Shown piece after piece: positions 39,015 to 45,084 of a DNA stretch of 45,084 nt (the stretch's first letter is position 1; each line of letters begins with the position of its first letter). The notes beneath the pieces were generated by a model. That model worked only from the letters and a program-made list of their open reading frames with translations. It was not told where the DNA came from and ran no database searches. Position numbers and translations under genes: made by a program. Location of the stretch: the sequence record SRR20825010_784; one strand, written 5' to 3'.

Positions 39015-39716
39015 ATGGCCAAGACAAAACCCGCACAAGCCCCTGCAAGCGCCAATAAGGCACCCGATGCGGCAAGCGCAAACGCCGAAACACCCGAACA
39101 GTCTTCGCCGCAAGCTTTCAAGCCGGAAACATGGTTTCCAGCACCCGTCTGGTCACGCCGCGTTCAGCAGGCCGAACGTATCAACGCACATATTCTCGAA
39201 GTGCTCGACGATTTGGAAAGCCGGACCGAGAATATCACGCGATCCAATGTCGGCGGCTGGCATAGCAAGGCTAATCTCCACATGACGCACGAATTAGCCG
39301 AGATCCGACGTATCATCGGCAATGCGTGCGTGAACTGCGCCAACCACTTATCTTTCGACTTCGATAAGTTCGAGCTTTTCTACCAGGAAATGTGGCTTAA
39401 CAAAAACGGTCCGAATGATTTCAACAAGGCACATGTGCACCCCAACTCCATGCTGTCGGGTGCCTACTACGCCAAAGTCCCGCCATCATCGGGCAATATC
39501 GAATTCTATGATCCTGTCCGCGAACGTGTGATGAGTGTTTTTCCTGTCAAGGAGCGCACCCGCATCAATACGCAGGCTATGGAATACAAAGCAGAAGAAG
39601 GTCTTCTTCTGATTTTCCCCGGCTGGCTGCAGCATTCCGTACAACCCAATCGCAGCAATGATTTTCGCGTATCGATCAGTTTCAATATGGGCTTCAAGCC
39701 CAAAGGATCACGATAA
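39015..39716 (+). CDS. TIGR02466-family putative 2OG-Fe(II) oxygenase
   Basis: RSNVGGWHS, MWLNKN, HxH motif AHVHPNSMLSGAYY, FYDP, LLIFPGWLQHSV.PN, RVSISFN. Confidence 0.88.
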   Translation: MAKTKPAQAPASANKAPDAASANAETPEQSSPQAFKPETWFPAPVWSRRVQQAERINAHILEVLDDLESRTENITRSNVGGWHSKANLHMTHELAEIRRIIGNACVNCANHLSFDFDKFELFYQEMWLNKNGPNDFNKAHVHPNSMLSGAYYAKVPPSSGNIEFYDPVRERVMSVFPVKERTRINTQAMEYKAEEGLLLIFPGWLQHSVQPNRSNDFRVSISFNMGFKPKGSR

Positions 39717-39738
39717 GGCGCCCGAAATACGTAGAAGC

Positions 39739-40908
39739 TTAGAGCGCAAGACGTTCGCACTCGCCTGGAAGCAGCAACTGCAGATTTCGCATGCGCTGAG
39801 AGCAGCGTCCGAACGATCCGATCCGGTCGGTATAATGAATGACAAATTGCAATGTCACCATTTCCGTTATCGGCAGATCCGACCCCGGCAACCCGGAATT
39901 TCTGATCCATCTGACCGCGTCCTTTGACACTGCACCGGCAAAGGATTGCACTTGCGGGTTTCTGTAAACGCGCTCCATCAGATAGCGCAGCAGATCAAGC
40001 AAGCCCAGCGAATGTGGTCGCGAGAATTCCCAGTCAACGGCGACAAATCGACCACGATTTCCTGCCCGCAATATATTCTCCGGCCGCAAATCGCCATGCA
40101 GCCGCGAAGTCTGGAATTTTCTTGTATCGCGCACCGTCGAAAGCAAAGCGCGCAAATTTTTCTTTTCGGCATCCTCTAGTCGTGGATGGGATTGAACAAT
40201 TTCGGCCTGTTCTTGGGCCAGATCAAACAATGAGGCTCGCGTATCTTCCACCAGCCCAGCCAGAAACTGGCATATTTGGAAAACGCTTCCGTCGGTCCAT
40301 ATCGCTTCAGACTCGGAAAGCCGCTCACCCTCACACCAGCTTTGTACACTTGTTACAGGCGCTGACCCGGTCTCATATTTGCCGAATGCCAATAGCGCAC
40401 GCGGTGCTGGCACACGCCTAGCAACAGCCCGCAAAGATTCGAACTCGCGTTTCAGATTGTCCGCAATATGTTCAAGAGCTGCGGATTTAAGCACCCCGGC
40501 AAATCCACCAACCTGACGAGACCGAAAGGCCAGCACAAATTTTGCGCTAGTCGTCCGGCCGAACATTCCACTTGGATCAAACCCAAGCGCTTCTAATTGA
40601 TTGTGCGGCTTCACACTATTCCGCAAACGCAACCTAACAAGCCCTTCCTTCTCCAAATCGATTTGCGGAACGCGCGCAATCTTGTCGGAAAGCTTCATAC
40701 CAATATTTCGACACATAGCCGGATCGACCAAACCACCCGCTGAACAGATTTCAAAATAGGCGCCATCGACATAGGCCCAGAACGTCCCGTCCAGCGGCGC
40801 GTCTGACGACACAACTTCCATTGCCTCCTCAGAATTGAACACACGCGACATCCATACCTGGATGGTTGCAAGCTTCTCTACCTGATTTGCATATTCTGCA
40901 TTGTTCAT
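39739..40908 (-). CDS. Aminoglycoside-phosphotransferase/choline-kinase-like kinase
   Basis: Catalytic LHGDLRPENIL and metal-binding VDWE motifs, with upstream VLK and EFESL motifs; start taken at MNNAEY (40908) to avoid overlap with the divergent gene. Confidence 0.72.
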   Translation of the reverse strand: MNNAEYANQVEKLATIQVWMSRVFNSEEAMEVVSSDAPLDGTFWAYVDGAYFEICSAGGLVDPAMCRNIGMKLSDKIARVPQIDLEKEGLVRLRLRNSVKPHNQLEALGFDPSGMFGRTTSAKFVLAFRSRQVGGFAGVLKSAALEHIADNLKREFESLRAVARRVPAPRALLAFGKYETGSAPVTSVQSWCEGERLSESEAIWTDGSVFQICQFLAGLVEDTRASLFDLAQEQAEIVQSHPRLEDAEKKNLRALLSTVRDTRKFQTSRLHGDLRPENILRAGNRGRFVAVDWEFSRPHSLGLLDLLRYLMERVYRNPQVQSFAGAVSKDAVRWIRNSGLPGSDLPITEMVTLQFVIHYTDRIGSFGRCSQRMRNLQLLLPGECERLAL

Positions 40909-41082
40909 ATTGCAGGAGGTCCATACCGGAGCGTGTGGGAAGGAATCAATACGGCAAGTATGGCCCAATCTCGATCTATCGGCATAGACCACAACAAGGC
41001 GCATAGCGTATGGTCGCGCTTCGCGCTTTTTATAGCGAAGGGCAAAGCGGGGGATAAAACAATTTCGACGACCGACACTAAG

Positions 41083-43038
41083 GTGGCTATTCAGACCCGC
41101 TTCAACATCGCACAAACCATGCGCGGTACAGGCTTTGGCTTGCACCAACCCGTCATGCTACTCACTATAATTAGTGACATTCCACAAAGCCCCGATCTTA
41201 AAAAAATTAACGCCGTCTTCGCACCACTTTTTGTTTCTCCTCTTTTCCCCGATCTTTTACCACCATCGCTTGACGACAACACAGCACCGGCGCGGCAATG
41301 GTTTGGCTGCTTGCTGCATTGGACAAAAATGCTGCAACAAGCTGCCGACATACCGACATTCGAGGATGGACGCATCCTATCAACTGAGAAAAAGCCGGAA
41401 TACCCGCGCCGCTCACTGATTGCTCTGCCCTATGCATCAGAACGGCCACGCATTGCATTGAATGCATTGCAATGGATCATCGGCAACGCGTTACGCATCG
41501 CCTCGGGATTTACAGAGAATGAACAGGCCTCGCTCGCCGCGGATGCAGCGGATACGATCGAAAAGATGCGCTCGCGCGCACCAGGCTCCAATAACACCAC
41601 ACCTTTTTTGCGCGCAGCCCATGAACTGCATATTCCCTCGGCTATTCTAAGCGGAACGATCTATCAATTCGGATGGGGGGCAAGAGCTCGCTGGCTCGAC
41701 AGCACGTTCACCGACCGCACACCACGTATCGCCAGCATGTTGGCTCGCTCCAAAGTAGAAGCCAGCCGCCTGCTCCAAAGCGCCGGACTGCCGGCACCTG
41801 CCCATATGGTGGTGCCAAACCTTGATACAGCCGAACGCGCTGCCGAAACGCTTGGCTATCCCGTTGTCGTCAAACCGGCCGATCAGGATGGCGGCGTCGG
41901 CGTCGCCGCCGGTCTTCACAATGTTGAAAGCCTTCGCACCGCCTTCGCCCGCGCGCGCAAATATTCCAAACGGATACTGGTCGAAAAACATTTCGAAGGT
42001 CAGGACTACCGTCTGCACGTCCAAAACGGGCGCTTGCTCGCCGCCACTTTACGCACCGCAGGCAGCATTACCGGCGATGGAAAACACAATGTCAGCCAAT
42101 TACTCGACACACTCAATGCCGACCCTAGACGGGGCAACCGAGCTAGCTCACCTTTAAAGATACTTGAACTTGACGAAGAAGCCTTGGAGCTTTTACGCGA
42201 ACAGGATCTGGAACTTCACTCGATCCCATCAAAAGGCATGCACATCCCGCTGCGACGCGGTGCCAATATCACGCGCGGCGGCACACCTTTGAATGTTAAC
42301 GACAAGGTCCATCCCGACAATGCGCGTCTTGCCGTACGCGCCGCCGCGACACTCCGCCTTGATTGCGCCGGTATCGATCTGCTCATTCCCGACATTTCCG
42401 TCTCGTGGCTAGAAAGCGGCGCCGCCATTTGCGAGGTCAACGCCCAACCGCGTATTTCGCGAGTGGTCCAACCGCAGCTCTTTGGCGAAATTCTACGCAT
42501 GATGCTGCCACGTGGCGGGCGCATCCCGATCGTTTTGATACTGGGTGGCGCACAAGCAGATGAAACCGCGCGCACCATTGCCGATGCAATCTCCGACTCA
42601 GCGCCTGCTACAACAGGCATCGGCCTGGCGACCTCTCAGGAATTGTCCATCGACGGTGTGAACATAGGCACACGCCCCGAAACCGCTTTCGAGACCATCC
42701 GCCTTTTCCAAACCGGACCAGATGCCAAGATGGCGATTGTCACTCTCCCCGGCAGCGATCTGATCGATAGCGGCCTGCCTTGTGACCGATACGACTTATT
42801 GGTTCTGGCCGATAGCAACATCACTCATGGCGCAGGCCCGCAATCACTGACACGCCTCTTTGGCCTCATTGCACCCAATCGGCGCAATCCGGTGATCGCC
42901 AATCAGGACGACCCCGCCTGCCTCGATCTTGTCCGGTCATTACCTGACAATGAAAAAACCATCACTCAAGGCACTGCACAGGCTCTTGCCGAAGCAGCTC
43001 TTCAACATCTGCGTCGGACGAAAACCTCAGCCGGATGA
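41083..43038 (+). CDS. Cyanophycin-synthetase-like ATP-grasp ligase 1 (N + G domains, degenerate and truncated Mur domain)
   Basis: YQFGWGAR, GYPVVVKPADQDGGVGV, LVEKHFEGQDYRL, ANITRGG, AGIDLL, ICEVNAQP; RIPIVLILGG lacks GTNGKTT. Start uncertain (40933-41119; GTG 41083 chosen). Confidence 0.82.
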   Translation: MAIQTRFNIAQTMRGTGFGLHQPVMLLTIISDIPQSPDLKKINAVFAPLFVSPLFPDLLPPSLDDNTAPARQWFGCLLHWTKMLQQAADIPTFEDGRILSTEKKPEYPRRSLIALPYASERPRIALNALQWIIGNALRIASGFTENEQASLAADAADTIEKMRSRAPGSNNTTPFLRAAHELHIPSAILSGTIYQFGWGARARWLDSTFTDRTPRIASMLARSKVEASRLLQSAGLPAPAHMVVPNLDTAERAAETLGYPVVVKPADQDGGVGVAAGLHNVESLRTAFARARKYSKRILVEKHFEGQDYRLHVQNGRLLAATLRTAGSITGDGKHNVSQLLDTLNADPRRGNRASSPLKILELDEEALELLREQDLELHSIPSKGMHIPLRRGANITRGGTPLNVNDKVHPDNARLAVRAAATLRLDCAGIDLLIPDISVSWLESGAAICEVNAQPRISRVVQPQLFGEILRMMLPRGGRIPIVLILGGAQADETARTIADAISDSAPATTGIGLATSQELSIDGVNIGTRPETAFETIRLFQTGPDAKMAIVTLPGSDLIDSGLPCDRYDLLVLADSNITHGAGPQSLTRLFGLIAPNRRNPVIANQDDPACLDLVRSLPDNEKTITQGTAQALAEAALQHLRRTKTSAG

Positions 43039-44990
43039 ACCAGAATAAAGGGAACCCCAACTCCATCACCAATACGGGCTCGAAAATCTATTCAGGCCCC
43101 AATGCATTTTCACGTGCGCCGGTCATAGCCCTTTACCTTGACACCCAAAGCAGCGGATCACTGTTCTCCGACACCATTCCCCTAACCCGACTACGCCACA
43201 TTCTCGACCAATTCGGCCCTGACTGTTTTGATGATCTTGAAATCCCCGAGGCGATTTCACCCGGACTTGAAGCCGCGTCCATGGTTGCACATTGGACGAG
43301 ACAACTCCTCAATTGCACGCGTGGCCTGGTGCGAGCGGCAGGCGCAGTAGCGCTACCCGACAAACGCATCACCATCTGGATCGGCTACCACAACGAACAG
43401 ATCACTAGCGCTGCATTGAAACTCGCGATTGACATTGCCCATCGCGCACGTAATTCAGATGCTTTGGCAGAGCATGAAATCAAAACCATCCACCAACGCC
43501 TCGCAGATATAAAATCCCGCTGTCGCCGCGATCATCCCGACTACATTGCGCGCATACTGATGCTGGCTGCTGAAGAAAAAGACCTGCCATTCGATAGTAA
43601 TGCGGCTCTAGAGCGCATGATGCGGTTTGGCTGGGGACGGAACGCGCGGACATTTCTGGAAGCCATGCCAATGGAAGAAAGCTATTTCGGCTTTCATATT
43701 GCCCGCAACAAAATGTTCACCGCAAGAAACATCCGGAATCTTGGCTACCCCGCTCCCGACCACCGCGTCGCAGCGAGCCTGCAAGATGCCGTCACGCAAG
43801 CTTCAGAGCTCGGTTGGCCACTCGCCGTCAAACCAGTGAACGAGGGTCAAGGCCGCGGCATTACAACCAACGTGAATTCGCAAGACACTCTCGCAAAGGC
43901 ATTTGCCTTTGCGCAAATGGGCAGTAACAATCCTGTTCTCCTTGAACGGATGATTGAGGGCGATGATCATCGCCTTCTCGTGATAGAGGGCCGCCTTGTG
44001 GCGGCTGCAAGGCGCGACCCACCTCATGTCACCGGCGATGGCCAACGCGATTTGCGTCAGCTCATCGAAATCGAGAATAAGAGACGCCTAAACGACCCGG
44101 TATCCCGTCGTTACATCAAACAGCTAAAACCCACTCCGCAATTACTCACCTGTATCGCAAGCCAGAATCTGACGCTTGATTCAATTCCGGCAACAGGCCA
44201 AATCGTCAAACTGCTTGGCAATGCCAATGTCTCCACTGGTGGCCTCGCAACCGAATTGCTCCACAGGGTCCATCCAGCGATCCGCGAAATGGTCGAGAAC
44301 ATAGCCCTCAATCTGAGCCTCAAAGCTTTGGGCCTCGATTATATAACCCGCGACATCTCGAAGCCCTGGTGGGAAATTGGCGGCGCGATTATCGAGATCA
44401 ATACAACTCCGGGCATCGACGGACATATTGTCAGCGGTATTTCGGAAGAAGAGATCGGCAGACTTTCGCTGGGCACGGAGCCCGCGCGTATTCCGCTTGT
44501 CATTGTTGTCGCCCGGCAAGACCAGCAAGCCTCGTTAGCCACGCGGCTGCGTAAGCAGGTACTTGCTCATTCACTCGACAAGATCGCAATCATGGACCAC
44601 GAACTGACCACCTTAGGTTCCATAAAAATGGCGCCTAATGATTCCAACATGCCGACGCGTGTCTCAAGCCTGCTTTCCAATCGTGTTGTGAACGCTGCAA
44701 TGATCTGCATTTCACCGCAGGAGATAATCCGTCATGGCTTCCCGCTGGACCATGCACCTCTCGTCATTCTCGGAGCCGACAGCGCGACCGATAATTATGT
44801 CAGTGCTCTGTCAGCCGATTGCGCCGATACTCTTTCAATATGTGACCGAGATGAAGATTGGGGTTCACCGCAACAGATCGAAGCAATCATACAAGCTTTG
44901 ACAACCACCCAAGCCGCCAAGCCACGCAGAGACCCGAGGCACCCCGATCGCCTGCTCGCCGCAATGGACCCAGAACTAACCAGAGCCTGA
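43035..44990 (+). CDS. Cyanophycin-synthetase-like ATP-grasp ligase 2 (degenerate Mur domain)
   Basis: CphA-type N-terminus IYSGPNAFS, GWPLAVKPVNEGQGRGI, LERMIEGDDHRLLV, ANVSTGG, GLDYITRDISKPW, IIEINTTPG; RIPLVIVV lacks a P-loop; ATGA overlap with ligase 1. Confidence 0.85.
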   Translation: MNQNKGNPNSITNTGSKIYSGPNAFSRAPVIALYLDTQSSGSLFSDTIPLTRLRHILDQFGPDCFDDLEIPEAISPGLEAASMVAHWTRQLLNCTRGLVRAAGAVALPDKRITIWIGYHNEQITSAALKLAIDIAHRARNSDALAEHEIKTIHQRLADIKSRCRRDHPDYIARILMLAAEEKDLPFDSNAALERMMRFGWGRNARTFLEAMPMEESYFGFHIARNKMFTARNIRNLGYPAPDHRVAASLQDAVTQASELGWPLAVKPVNEGQGRGITTNVNSQDTLAKAFAFAQMGSNNPVLLERMIEGDDHRLLVIEGRLVAAARRDPPHVTGDGQRDLRQLIEIENKRRLNDPVSRRYIKQLKPTPQLLTCIASQNLTLDSIPATGQIVKLLGNANVSTGGLATELLHRVHPAIREMVENIALNLSLKALGLDYITRDISKPWWEIGGAIIEINTTPGIDGHIVSGISEEEIGRLSLGTEPARIPLVIVVARQDQQASLATRLRKQVLAHSLDKIAIMDHELTTLGSIKMAPNDSNMPTRVSSLLSNRVVNAAMICISPQEIIRHGFPLDHAPLVILGADSATDNYVSALSADCADTLSICDRDEDWGSPQQIEAIIQALTTTQAAKPRRDPRHPDRLLAAMDPELTRA

Positions 44991-45054
44991 ACGCACAGCC
45001 CTATTCACGGCTTCCAAACGAAATAAGTATTCCGGATATAATGTAAGGATTTAT

Positions 45055-45084
45055 TGGCGGAGAGGGTGGGATTCGAACCCACGG
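45055..45084 (-). tRNA. tRNA, 3' part only (T-arm, acceptor strand, CCA); probably tRNA-Ser
   Basis: Minus strand CCGTGGGTTCGAATCCCACCCTCTCCGCCA: TpsiC loop, acceptor CCTCTCC, discriminator G, encoded CCA. Anticodon lies outside the window. Confidence 0.88.

Noticed and set aside
41083-44990. Calling the pair canonical cyanophycin synthetase (cphA)
   Set aside because: About 200 aa too short, no GTNGKTT P-loop, no cphB nearby
1-45084. CRISPR array, IS element, integrase or prophage
   Set aside because: No regularly spaced direct repeats, transposase/recombinase motifs or phage genes seen; autotransporter repeats are degenerate protein-level repeats

Overview
Alphaproteobacterial chromosome segment (Parvibaculum/Caulobacter-like gene content; taxon is inference) with five blocks. 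(1) 1-3.3 kb: FMN-binding glutamate-synthase-family gene and an acyl-CoA synthetase. (2) 3.4-17.9 kb, minus strand: complete guanidine assimilation locus (ABC importer, cgdAB, guanidine/urea carboxylase, atzF). It is driven by a sigma-54 promoter with tandem NtrC-like sites, a guanidine-I riboswitch and an internal guanidine-II riboswitch. Upstream is a separate LysR-associated unit (lyase-like protein, 2OG-Fe(II) dioxygenase, second binding protein) resembling a methylguanidine demethylation module. (3) 18-23.4 kb: sigma-54/NtrC-type CP-ATP-grasp/alpha-E/transglutaminase/Anbu operon plus a PAS kinase. (4) 23.8-29.7 kb: acyl-CoA dehydrogenase pair, fixL-fixJ-fixK, and a 31-aa membrane microprotein behind a perfect FNR/FixK box. 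(5) 30.3-45 kb, next to the 3' end of a tRNA-Ser: a ~2,020-aa acidic autotransporter with recurrent GED and KY motifs, flanked by a GNAT-like protein, a TIGR03032 protein, a TIGR02466 oxygenase, an APH-like kinase and two cyanophycin-synthetase-like ATP-grasp ligases with degenerate Mur domains. Block 5 is the best candidate for an undescribed system, possibly surface-protein modification. All calls come from manual reading; no searches were run.
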